This document shows positions 47,521 to 54,428 of a stretch of 64,000 bases of DNA, piece after piece. Each line of letters begins with the position of its first letter. Within the stretch, counting starts at the first letter, position 1. Origin of the DNA: a virus (lineage: Duplodnaviria; Caudoviricetes); IMG/VR virus record IMGVR_UViG_3300028886_000037, positions 96,001 through 160,000 of that record. The stretch is one strand, 5' to 3'. The notes below the pieces were generated by a model that was not told the DNA's origin, ran no database searches, and was given only the letters and a program-made list of their open reading frames with translations. Position numbers and translations under genes: made by a program.

Positions 47521-48210
47521 TTAATTTATAGAGGAGAGGGTGGGATTCGAACCCACGGAGGTTTCCTCCTCATATAATTTAGTAAAATCATTTCCATACT
47601 TATTTTCGACGTATTCTAAGTATGGCTTAATCTCTCTTTTCGTAATAATCGAAAGCTCTTTAGGAAATTGGTCATATTTTGCTTGCCACTGCTTAGACCA
47701 ATATCCCTTCAATTCAACATATTTTCCATCGACTATGAAGTCTGGAAGATAGTTATATTCTTTGCCTTCGAATATGTACTTAAACTTTTCTTTGTTCCTT
47801 TCGAATTTTATTCCGTGTTCAAGATTATATATCACGTATGCTAGTTCCCAAGAGCTGTCGCAGAAATATCCTTTATACCAACCCTTCTTTCCACGACCAG
47901 ATCCTTTACGATAGCCACCTAATGTGTGCCTAATCTTATTAGTCTCTTTTATCTTTTGTCGTGTTTCTTCCGTTTGGGCATGTTTCTTATATTCGACCCT
48001 TTCTGGATTCTTATAACATCTTTTTTCATGGAATCTCAGTGTATGCTTATATTCAAAATAGTTTCCGCAAAATTTACAATTTCCACCTTTATTAAATAGG
48101 AATTTCTTATGCTCTTTTTTATGATTTTCAGACTTATGTTTCTGAAGATCTCTTCTACTAGTACCGACATATTCACAGAATGAACATGGCCAAGTGTATG
48201 ATAATCTCAT
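47521..48210 (-). CDS. PD-(D/E)xK homing endonuclease inside tRNA-Ser
   Basis: Zn fingers; GWYKGYFCDSSWELA..YLPDF..YVELKG; C-terminus reads through tRNA T arm. Confidence 0.85.
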   Translation of the reverse strand: MRLSYTWPCSFCEYVGTSRRDLQKHKSENHKKEHKKFLFNKGGNCKFCGNYFEYKHTLRFHEKRCYKNPERVEYKKHAQTEETRQKIKETNKIRHTLGGYRKGSGRGKKGWYKGYFCDSSWELAYVIYNLEHGIKFERNKEKFKYIFEGKEYNYLPDFIVDGKYVELKGYWSKQWQAKYDQFPKELSIITKREIKPYLEYVENKYGNDFTKLYEEETSVGSNPTLSSIN

Positions 48211-48397
48211 ATTACTCTCTCAAAGAAGTAAAGCGGGTGTCCGATTCGAACGGACGAGAGGTTTTAACCTCTGCTTGGGTTCAGGCCAAGTGCGATAAAC
48301 CAACTCCGCCAACCCGCCATAAATTATTTATACAATCAAGACTAGTGCTTTTTGCCAGTTTCAAATCCGGATCCATAAACCACTCGGACACCTCTCC
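47532..48397 (-). pseudogene. Disrupted tRNA-Ser(TGA): 5' half 48355-48397, 3' half 47532-47568
   Basis: GGAGAGG...TT TGA AA and ...GTGGGTTCGAATCCCAC CCTCTCC T CTA; acceptor strands complementary. Confidence 0.85.
48231..48318 (-). tRNA. tRNA-Ser(TGA), replacement copy
   Basis: CTTGG-CC TGA AC-CCAAG, long V arm; C at position 33. Confidence 0.8.
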
Positions 48398-48404
48398 AAA
48401 GTAG

Positions 48405-48492
48405 AGGCGGGTGCAGGATTCGAACCTGCGGCTCCTTTATGGGGAGCAACTCGTTAGCACCGAGCCGGTTTAGACCACTCACCCAACCCGCC
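48405..48492 (-). tRNA. tRNA-Ser(GCT)
   Basis: GCTCG-GT GCT AA-CGAGT, long V arm. Confidence 0.9.
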
Positions 48493-48495
48493 ATA

Positions 48496-48569
48496 TCCAC
48501 CCGCTAGGACTTGAACCTAGAACCTCGGGGTTATGAGTCCCTTGCACCAACCAATTGTGCTACAGATGG
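48496..48569 (-). tRNA. tRNA with CAT anticodon (Ile2 or Met)
   Basis: CT CAT AA loop; imperfect anticodon stem. Confidence 0.8.
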
Positions 48570-48574
48570 GAATC

Positions 48575-48707
48575 AAGATGTCATCTGTGCTCCCGGGGCT
48601 GGACTCGAACCAGCAGCCTTCTGGCGTCTTACTGAGGAAGGTCCTCTGCGACAGCCGTTCTAACCAGTTGAACGTACCCTGGAAAATAGAATTGCGGTTG
48701 ACATCTT
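48575..48707 (-). ncRNA. Scaffold RNA (ACCGCAA variant) carrying tRNA body with remodelled anticodon arm
   Basis: AAGATGTCA/TGACATCTT stem; D and T arms normal; anticodon loop replaced by GAGGA-CCT-TCCTC extension. Confidence 0.75.
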
Positions 48708-48714
48708 TTATTAG

Positions 48715-48762
48715 AGCTACCAGCAGGACTCGAACCTGCGAAGGGATGAACCCAGCAGATTA
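48715..48762 (-). pseudogene. 3' half of long-V-arm tRNA with U73 (probably Cys)
   Basis: AATCTGC-TGGGTTCATCCCTTC-GCAGGTTCGAGTCCTGC-TGGTAGC T CTA begins at endonuclease stop. Confidence 0.7.
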
Positions 48763-49374
48763 TAACAATTTACTGAGGATTCCCTCTATATAGGTTCGTT
48801 TAGCCTCTTTAGGAAGACGTTGGTATTCGGACCAATTACAGCGTCCTAATAGCGTCCATCCTTGCTCCTTTAAATTCTCTGTTCTTTCTTCATCATGTAA
48901 TTTTCCTTTTGATGTGTAATGCGTCTTGCCATCAACTTCAAAATAAAGCTTTTTATCAGGCCATGCAAAATCTAACCAATAGGGTTTTACATAATAGTTA
49001 TTTTCAAATTTTACGTTCTCATTTGTAAAAATGTTAAACCAACTTTGCTCAGCATAACTTCGTTTTCGTCTTCCTATCCATGAACTTGCGCGTCCTTCTC
49101 TATGTGCTTTTTTCATTCCGAGAGAAATTCTTTTGCATATAGCTTCGGTGTTTTTATGTCCTTTACATCGCAGCTTATTTGGATTCTTCTCGCAATGCAT
49201 TTCATGTCTAGTCATTTCACCACGAGTAATATGCTTGATTTTACCGCAGTATTTACATTTTAAATCATATTTAGGTGCTTGGCCATTTTTAATCTTATGT
49301 TCTTCGCTTTTATGCTTATAGAGCTTTCTACGTGATTCGATTTCAGCACCGCAATGTTCGCATACCCAAATCAT
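48760..49374 (-). CDS. DUF559/Vsr-like homing endonuclease
   Basis: SYAE, LDFAW, FEVDGKTH, D..R...L...GW; N-terminal Zn fingers. Confidence 0.85.
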   Translation of the reverse strand: MIWVCEHCGAEIESRRKLYKHKSEEHKIKNGQAPKYDLKCKYCGKIKHITRGEMTRHEMHCEKNPNKLRCKGHKNTEAICKRISLGMKKAHREGRASSWIGRRKRSYAEQSWFNIFTNENVKFENNYYVKPYWLDFAWPDKKLYFEVDGKTHYTSKGKLHDEERTENLKEQGWTLLGRCNWSEYQRLPKEAKRTYIEGILSKLL

Positions 49375-49396
49375 TTTTATTTCTCCATTTTAGCTT

Positions 49397-49484
49397 TATA
49401 GTCGTTCCAGCGACCATATTATTTATAGCAGTTAGAAGAACTGGAGATGTTCCTCAGCTGGCTGGAACCAGTTGTCCCACTATA
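49397..49484 (-). ncRNA. Three-way-junction + kissing-hairpin RNA around late promoter, copy 1
   Basis: Covaries with copy at 54255-54342. Confidence 0.7.
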
Positions 49485-49487
49485 GTA

Positions 49488-49575
49488 AGCGCTCAGTTGG
49501 ATTTGAACCAACGTGGAGATTTCTCTCAGCGGCTTTGCAGGCCGTGGTCTTCGACCAGGCTCGACCCATGAGCGC
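49488..49575 (-). tRNA. tRNA-Cys(GCA) with long variable arm
   Basis: CGGC-CT GCA AA-GCCG, U73, GAGA-GAAA-TCTC V hairpin. Confidence 0.85.
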
Positions 49576-49586
49576 ATATTGTTTAG

Positions 49587-49660
49587 TACTCCGTCCAAGA
49601 TTCGAACTTGGATCAAGGGCTTCGTAGGCCCGTATGCTGAGTCCATTACACCAACGGAGC
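49587..49660 (-). tRNA. tRNA-Arg(ACG)
   Basis: GGGC-CT ACG AA-GCCC. Confidence 0.9.
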
Positions 49661-49666
49661 ATAGTC

Positions 49667-49781
49667 AAGATAACGTCTTTTGAGCTGAGTCCTGAGCCAC
49701 TAGACGACACCGGTATACGCCGATGACTGGATTCGAACCAGTGTTGCAGCTTTGGGATAGTGAAGATGCTGTTGTTATCTT
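49667..49781 (-). ncRNA. Scaffold RNA carrying circularly permuted tRNA-Gly(CCC)
   Basis: AAGATAAC/GTTATCTT stem, ACAGCAT; TCCCAAAGCTG..T arm..CATCGGC precedes ACCGGTG..D arm..CAGCTC. Confidence 0.85.
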
Positions 49782-49785
49782 ATAG

Positions 49786-49868
49786 TCCTCCAGGAGGGAC
49801 TTGAACCCTCACGCCATTTCTGGCACCAGTTCCTAAGACTGGCGTGTCTGCGATTCCACCACCAGAGG
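49786..49868 (-). tRNA. tRNA-Leu(TAG)
   Basis: CCAGT-CT TAG GA-ACTGG. Confidence 0.9.
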
Positions 49869-49872
49869 ATAG

Positions 49873-49945
49873 TGCCACCCCTCCGTAACGATCGGAGATC
49901 CTCGGATTTTCAGTCCGTTGCATAGACCATCTTTGCTAGAGTGGC
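49873..49945 (-). tRNA. tRNA-Phe(GAA)
   Basis: CGGA-CT GAA AA-TCCG; atypical T loop ATCGTTA. Confidence 0.85.
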
Positions 49946-49951
49946 ATAATC

Positions 49952-50007
49952 GAGATTCTTTTGTTTCTTAACCAAAAAGAAGATTTTAGAGTTGCTGTAA
50001 GAACCTC
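49952..50007 (-). ncRNA. Minimal ACAGCAA-scaffold RNA with one 5-bp/7-nt stem-loop
   Basis: GAGGTTCTT/AAGAATCTC; TTCTT-TTTGGTT-AAGAA. Confidence 0.75.
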
Positions 50008-50011
50008 TTAG

Positions 50012-50085
50012 TCGGCAACCTTGGACTTGAACCAAGAACCTCTGCCTTATCAGAGCAGTGCTCTAACCAATTGAGCTAGATGCCG
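50012..50085 (-). tRNA. tRNA-Ile(GAT)
   Basis: CTGCT-CT GAT AA-GGCAG. Confidence 0.92.
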
Positions 50086-50097
50086 ATAAAAAATTTC

Positions 50098-50165
50098 AAG
50101 ATCCATTTTTCTAACGTAGTCTGATTACCAATCGGATGTTATAAGAATTTTGCAGTTAGGATCTT
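50098..50165 (-). ncRNA. Scaffold RNA (ACTGCAA) carrying isolated Thr(GGT) anticodon arm
   Basis: AAGATCC/GGATCTT; TCCGA-TT GGT AA-TCAGA. Confidence 0.8.
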
Positions 50166-50211
50166 TAGTAGTCTCCGATCAGGGATTCGAACCCCGGACC
50201 TGAAACTTTTA

Positions 50212-50285
50212 TCTTCGACCTAGGACTTGAACCTAGAACATCCGTCTTGTAAGGGCGGCGCTCTAACCAATTGAGCTAGCCGAAG
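50212..50285 (-). tRNA. tRNA-Val(TAC), replacement copy
   Basis: CCGCC-CT TAC AA-GACGG; overlaps endonuclease 3' end. Confidence 0.88.
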
Positions 50286-50919
50286 TTACGAACGATTTAA
50301 TTGATGAAATTGCCTCTGAAGTATTTCTCATTATGTACTTCCAAGTCAATCTCAGACATTTCCAACCGTTCTCTTTGCAATAAGTGTCTTTTTCGACATC
50401 CATTGCTTTTCTGCTGGGCCATTCATGTTGAGATCCATCAATTTCCAGATAGATCTTTAATTCTGGCCAAGCAAAATCCATGAACCATTTGCCAAAATGA
50501 TATTCTTCAACAAATGGAAAATTAGAAAGCTCCGTTTCGAGTAACCTCTTTGTCCATTCTTCAGCATAAGATCTTTTACATTTACTTCTCGACGACCACC
50601 AGATTCCGCCATTTTCTTTTATCTGTTTCTTACGAATTTCAGATAGCTTCTTCTTTGTGGCTTCAGTATGTTTAGATCCCAAGCGTAAGGCATTTTCGCC
50701 TGAATACCTTTTGCTAAAAGTTTCACTTGCTTGTTTTACTCTCGGATCATTATCCTTAGTTAGTCCTTTGTTCCAAGAAGGATGAGATTTAGAAAAGCCG
50801 TGTTCATCTTTGTGATGTTTCTGGAGTTCTCGTCTCGTTCTACCAACGAACGGACAATACTTGCAGCACCAGTCACCAGATGCGTTTTTCTGTTTTCTCT
50901 CTTTCTCATATCTTCCCAT
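50263..50919 (-). CDS. DUF559/Vsr-like homing endonuclease
   Basis: SWNKGLTK, HTEATKKKLS, SYAE, MDFAW, LEIDGSQH, GWKCLRL.W. Confidence 0.85.
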   Translation of the reverse strand: MGRYEKERKQKNASGDWCCKYCPFVGRTRRELQKHHKDEHGFSKSHPSWNKGLTKDNDPRVKQASETFSKRYSGENALRLGSKHTEATKKKLSEIRKKQIKENGGIWWSSRSKCKRSYAEEWTKRLLETELSNFPFVEEYHFGKWFMDFAWPELKIYLEIDGSQHEWPSRKAMDVEKDTYCKENGWKCLRLTWKYIMRNTSEAISSIKSFVTSASSIG

Positions 50920-50975
50920 ATTTTATTTATAGGAAGGATGGCACTCTGAACCAGCTGAGTTAACCGGAGAGATAG

Positions 50976-51049
50976 TGCCCCACCAAGGACTTGAACCTTG
51001 AACTCTCTGCTTAAGAGGCAGATACTCTAACCAATTGAGTTAGTGAGGC
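50976..51049 (-). tRNA. tRNA-Lys(CTT)
   Basis: TCTGC-CT CTT AA-GCAGA. Confidence 0.92.
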
Positions 51050-51055
51050 ATATAG

Positions 51056-51128
51056 TTCCGGTAGCAGGGATCGAACCTGCGACTTTCTCCGTATGAAGGA
51101 GATGCTCTACCAACTGAGCTATACCGGG
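51056..51128 (-). tRNA. tRNA-Met(CAT)
   Basis: TCTCC-TT CAT AC-GGAGA; C1:A72 mismatch. Confidence 0.88.
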
Positions 51129-51199
51129 GGGAAATCCACTGGCAGTTTGTGAGATACTGCCTAAACTCCTGAGGGCTACCTCAGAAAGCTAAAAGATAC

Positions 51200-51269
51200 G
51201 AGATAGAGTGGCCTTGCGCCACGAAACCGCATGATGGAGCAGAGGGGTGAAACTTGCTGTGTCTATCTC
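51200..51269 (-). ncRNA. ACAGCAA-scaffold RNA, short cargo with GCAA-loop hairpin
   Basis: GAGATAGA/TCTATCTC-G stem. Confidence 0.7.
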
Positions 51270-51277
51270 AAATTTAG

Positions 51278-51351
51278 TAGCGCCATCGGGACTCGAACCC
51301 GAATTTCCGACTTGAAAGGCCGGTGAACTGAACCAGTTATTCGATGGCGCC
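51278..51351 (-). tRNA. tRNA-Glu(TTC)
   Basis: CCGGC-CT TTC AA-GTCGG. Confidence 0.9.
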
Positions 51352-51357
51352 AAAAGC

Positions 51358-51464
51358 GAGATACGTTCTTTGTGTATAGCCCATCTGACTTTCGTCAGAC
51401 TTGCAGCTTTTCAGCTTATGGATTCGAACCACTTACAGTAAGAAATCATTGCTGTTTGTATCTC
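51358..51464 (-). ncRNA. ACAGCAA-scaffold RNA with T arm + two GAAA hairpins
   Basis: GAGATAC/GTATCTC; GTGG-TTCGAAT-CCAT, AGCT-GAAA-AGCT, TCTGAC-GAAA-GTCAGA. Confidence 0.8.
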
Positions 51465-51478
51465 TTTTTCAAATGTGT

Positions 51479-51621
51479 CAGATACGGCGGATTCGAACCG
51501 CGATCTCAGACGTTGCGACATCTGGGACTTTTTGCACCGTCTCCACGACGGGACCGAAGCTACCTGCTTGTCAGAAGAGATAGAGTTCGCAACCTCTAAA
51601 ACTTCCTATCGGTACATATCC
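51479..51621 (-). ncRNA. Enlarged tRNA-like RNA (acceptor + T arm, expanded interior)
   Basis: GGATATG/CGTATCT acceptor, GCGG-TTCGAAT-CCGC, ~110 nt multi-hairpin interior. Confidence 0.6.
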
Positions 51622-52414
51622 TACGCTTAGTAGCGGGACCGGGACTAGAGTCCCGGTCAGAAATGCTAAAACTTTCTTGAATTTTGATAGTCTGTAATAA
51701 TCTGAAAATTTCGTTTTCTCTTTCAATTTTAGAAAGTTTTTGAAATTCAGACCATCTAATTCTTTTTAAGAGCATCCAACCGTTTTCTATTAAAAATTCC
51801 GTTCTGATCTTGTCGTGTTCGATACCTTCTTTAGTATAGTGCTGTTCTCCATCAACTTCAATGTATATTTTTGATTTAGTCCATGCAAAATCTAAAGTAT
51901 ATCGGCCAACTTGATGTTGAGTTTCGGCATCTGTAAATATAGTTTCAAAATACTCTTCAGCATAAGATTTTCTTTTGTTTAACCAATTACAGTGTGTACC
52001 GCTAAGATTTTTAATAGCTGCATCTGATAATTTCCTTTTAGTTTCATCCGAAGTTTTATGACCTTGCCAAATTTGCTTATTCGGATTTTCTTTACAAAAC
52101 TTTTCGTGTCTTGTTAAATCGCAAGCTCTTTTATAAATTAAACCACAGAATTGACAAGGTATGTTTAAATCTGGATGATAGCCATAGAATTTACCTTTGA
52201 TTTCGTTAATATGTCCTTCTTTGCGATGCTGTTGTAATCTACTTCGTGAATGAAAATCATTGCCACAAATTGAACATTTCCAAATTTTAGAATTCTTTTG
52301 TATTCCTCTATTCGGATTTTTAAGACACTGCTTAGAAATGTGTGTTCCTAATTGTGCCCCAGTAGTAAACTCCATGTTACAAAATTTACATATATGTTTT
52401 ATTTCCAATTCCAT
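51596..52414 (-). CDS. DUF559/Vsr-like homing endonuclease inside an initiator-tRNA remnant
   Basis: Three Zn fingers, SYAE, LDFAW, IEVDGEQH; probable start MELEIKH after TATAAATA. Confidence 0.85.
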   Translation of the reverse strand: MELEIKHICKFCNMEFTTGAQLGTHISKQCLKNPNRGIQKNSKIWKCSICGNDFHSRSRLQQHRKEGHINEIKGKFYGYHPDLNIPCQFCGLIYKRACDLTRHEKFCKENPNKQIWQGHKTSDETKRKLSDAAIKNLSGTHCNWLNKRKSYAEEYFETIFTDAETQHQVGRYTLDFAWTKSKIYIEVDGEQHYTKEGIEHDKIRTEFLIENGWMLLKRIRWSEFQKLSKIERENEIFRLLQTIKIQESFSISDRDSSPGPATKRRICTDRKF

Positions 52415-52448
52415 ATAGTATTTATAACATGAGCTAACCACTGCTCTA
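51631..52448 (-). pseudogene. Disrupted initiator-type tRNA-Met: D arm 52431-52448, T arm/acceptor remnant 51631-51657
   Basis: TAGAGCAGTGGTTAGCTC and ACCGGG-ACTCTAGT-CCCGGT-CCCGCT A CTA. Confidence 0.65.
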
Positions 52449-52453
52449 AATTA

Positions 52454-52537
52454 TAGCGGGAGCCAGAGTCGGACTGGCACAAGCATTATCTGTCCCTGGG
52501 TTATGAGCCCAGTATCTTACCATTAGACTATCCCGCG
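52454..52537 (-). tRNA. Initiator-type tRNA-Met(CAT) with long variable region
   Basis: C1 mismatch, CTGGG-CT CAT AA-CCCAG, 17-nt V region. Confidence 0.8.
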
Positions 52538-52544
52538 ATAATAG

Positions 52545-52619
52545 TGGACCGTAAGGGAATCGAACCCTTGACATCCAGCTTGCAAAGCTGGCGCTCTACC
52601 AAAACTGAGCTAACAGCCC
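52545..52619 (-). tRNA. tRNA-Ala(TGC)
   Basis: G3:U70; CCAGC-TT TGC AA-GCTGG. Confidence 0.92.
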
Positions 52620-52624
52620 GAAAG

Positions 52625-52677
52625 AATCTGTGAATGGCTCTGACCTCGAAAGGTTCTCCGTACTTACATCACAGATT
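52625..52677 (-). ncRNA. Structured RNA, TGATGTAAGTA family copy 2
   Basis: AATCTGTGA/TCACAGATT stem, ACCT-TTCG-AGGT hairpin. Confidence 0.55.
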
Positions 52678-52681
52678 TTAG

Positions 52682-52754
52682 CTGTCCCACCTGGACTCGA
52701 ACCAGGGACGGGGTGATTAACAGTCACCTACTCTACCAACTGAGCTATGGGACA
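52682..52754 (-). tRNA. tRNA-Asn(GTT)
   Basis: GGTGA-CT GTT AA-TCACC, G73. Confidence 0.92.
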
Positions 52755-52758
52755 TTAA

Positions 52759-52855
52759 AGATAAAGCCGAAGATTTCAATATGCAGATCGGATTCTCGAT
52801 CCAGATCTTTTTTGTTTGATTCTAATATAGAAACTTCTTTCGGGTTTGTAAACCC
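52759..52855 (-). promoter_or_regulatory. Promoter + hairpin/boxA-like leader of tRNA operon
   Basis: GGGTTTAC..TATATT, AGATC hairpin, TGCATATTGAAA, TTCGGCTTTATCT. Confidence 0.7.
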
Positions 52856-52894
52856 TCTTTCTCAGAATTTTTTGAGAAAGTTGTTTATTTATAG

Positions 52895-52967
52895 CTCCCT
52901 GTGGACGACTTGAACGACCGACATCGAAATTACAAATTTCGCGTTCTACCAACTGAACTAACAGGGA
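52895..52967 (-). tRNA. tRNA-Thr(TGT)
   Basis: CGAAA-TT TGT AA-TTTCG; U1-A72, G73 body. Confidence 0.85.
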
Positions 52968-52977
52968 ATAAGAGCGC

Positions 52978-53043
52978 TGAGGATATGAGTGAAAAGCTAT
53001 CTCGAGTTCACAGTTCATCGGATATCCTCTCTAAGCATCCTCA
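52978..53043 (-). ncRNA. Structured RNA, GTGAAYTCGAGATA family copy 2
   Basis: TGAGGAT/ATCCTCA closing stem; shares GCT(C)TAGAGAG and GTGAAYTCGAGATA with 46357-46450. Confidence 0.5.
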
Positions 53044-53052
53044 TCTTCACGT

Positions 53053-53128
53053 GATCGACGAGTGGATTGGAACCACCGCACCAGGCCCCGAATGGGCCTG
53101 CGCTCTACCATGCTGAGCTACGAAGATA
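53053..53128 (-). pseudogene. tRNA-like element with extended anticodon stem
   Basis: D and T arms normal; CAGGCCC-ATTCG-GGGCCTG; mismatched acceptor. Confidence 0.6.
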
Positions 53129-53156
53129 CGTCCTTGAATTCAGACGCTTAGATTAG

Positions 53157-53240
53157 TGGGTAAGGTAGGATTCGAACCTACTAAGCCCGAAGGCAACGGC
53201 TTTACAGGCCGCCCCAACTCACCATCGTTGGCGCTTACCC
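53157..53240 (-). tRNA. tRNA-Tyr(GTA)
   Basis: GCGGC-CT GTA AA-GCCGT, long V arm. Confidence 0.9.
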
Positions 53241-53244
53241 TTGT

Positions 53245-53528
53245 ACGGCCGGTCATTTATAGTCTTGTGACCGAAGACTTTACCCAACTCACGCTTATGC
53301 CGTTATTTTTCGCGATAGAACCATCACATGTGATGGTAGAATCGAATTCAAGATTCCAGCGGCCTGGTCAGGATGCTTATGCCTATGCTCTCCCCTGACT
53401 CCTTCACAGCCTTCGTCCGCTTGTCTATACGGACTTCTGCTGATCAACCAGTAAGCGCCCTTCCATTGGATCCAATTGACGGCGAAGTAGCGCTCAATGT
53501 AGCGGCCTTTGCAAGGATGGCGACTCCA
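53245..53528 (-). ncRNA. Candidate structured ncRNA with 3' H-type pseudoknot
   Basis: AGTCTT-CGGTCAC-AAGACT-ATAAA-TGACCG; other hairpins; no credible ORF. Confidence 0.5.
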
Positions 53529-54230
53529 CTATTGCCAGAGTCTCTCCTTCAATTCATAGCGGGACCGATGGGATTCGAACCCACAGCCTCCAGCCTTATT
53601 TTCATAAAGCATTTCTATTCGTTCAGTCCCGTATTTTTTATAAACGTACTCTAAATACTTTTTCATCTCTCTTCTATATAGGACGATTAACGGATATTTG
53701 AAAGTTCTTAATTTTTCCTCCCATCTATTATTTCTACGTCCTTTTATTTCATAATATGTATCGCCTATTTTAAAATCAGGATAGTATTTATGGATTTCTC
53801 CATTGCTTACATATTCAAAGCCTATTTTATTTCTCTCAAATTCTATTCCGTGATCTAAATTATAAATTACGAAAGCTAATTCCCAACGTGAATTGCAATA
53901 AAAGCCTTTATACCATCCAGAATAAATAGTACCAGATTTTTCTCTATAACCACCGCATCCAGCAGCTTTAGAAGTCTCTCTTAACTTCTCTTTTAATTCG
54001 TCCGTCATTCTATGCTTTCTATAGCAATCTTTACAAAATCCGGTCGAATTACGATTATCTAAAGATTTTCCGCAGTCTTTACAAAATCTCTTTTCAGTTT
54101 TTGAAAATAGTTTTGATAGTCTTCTCTTTAGTTCTTCTGTTCTTATTCTGCTATTAGCGCATGCTCTTGAGCAGAATCTTCCGCTTCCAAAAGAGCCATC
54201 ATGCTCTTTTCCACATTTTTCGCAGATCAT
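53529..54230 (-). CDS. PD-(D/E)xK homing endonuclease reading into tRNA-Asp 3' half
   Basis: GWYKGFYCNSRWELA..YYPDF..YYEIKG; paralogue of 47521..48210. Confidence 0.85.
   Translation of the reverse strand: MICEKCGKEHDGSFGSGRFCSRACANSRIRTEELKRRLSKLFSKTEKRFCKDCGKSLDNRNSTGFCKDCYRKHRMTDELKEKLRETSKAAGCGGYREKSGTIYSGWYKGFYCNSRWELAFVIYNLDHGIEFERNKIGFEYVSNGEIHKYYPDFKIGDTYYEIKGRRNNRWEEKLRTFKYPLIVLYRREMKKYLEYVYKKYGTERIEMLYENKAGGCGFESHRSRYELKERLWQ
53560..53594 (-). pseudogene. 3' half of tRNA-Asp
   Basis: GCTGG-AGGCT-GTGGGTTCGAATCCCAT-CGGTCCC G CTA; Asp identity inferred from acceptor and G73. Confidence 0.7.
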
Positions 54231-54254
54231 ATAGCCTCTTTTAACTTTATTTTA

Positions 54255-54342
54255 ACGAGGATCCTTCCATATCCTCGTATTATTTATAGAGGTTAGATCG
54301 AATGGCGAATTCGATCAGGAGGTGGAAGCCTCTTGTCCCTCT
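54255..54342 (-). ncRNA. Three-way-junction + kissing-hairpin RNA around late promoter, copy 2
   Basis: Covaries with copy at 49397-49484. Confidence 0.7.
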
Positions 54343-54348
54343 TTTTAA

Positions 54349-54422
54349 CGATGCCGGCGAGATTCGAACTCGCGTATGTCGGTTAGACAGACCGATGTGT
54401 TAGGCCACTTCACCACGGCACC
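54349..54422 (-). tRNA. tRNA-Asp(GTC), replacement copy
   Basis: TCGGT-CT GTC TA-ACCGA, G73. Confidence 0.9.
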
Positions 54423-54428
54423 AGAGAC

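Larger units (their letters stand above)
50172..50969 (-). pseudogene. Disrupted tRNA-Val: 5' half 50934-50969, 3' half 50172-50201
   Basis: CTCCGGT..D arm..CCATC-CT-T| and AGGTC-T arm-ATCGGAG A CTA; acceptor strands complementary; Val identity inferred. Confidence 0.8.

Noticed and set aside
47532-52448. Group I introns in the broken tRNAs
   Set aside because: Inserts are almost entirely promoter + ORF (+ tRNA), with no room for a catalytic core, and tRNA bases are lost at the junctions.
53245-53528. RNase P RNA or tmRNA
   Set aside because: Only partial GAAGTCCG / ACGGCATA resemblance to P4; no tRNA-like ends or tag frame identified.
49397-54342. HDV-like (theta) or hammerhead ribozyme
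   Set aside because: CTGA...CTAA is suggestive, but I could not build P1/P3 of the HDV fold in both copies and the hammerhead GAAA core is missing.
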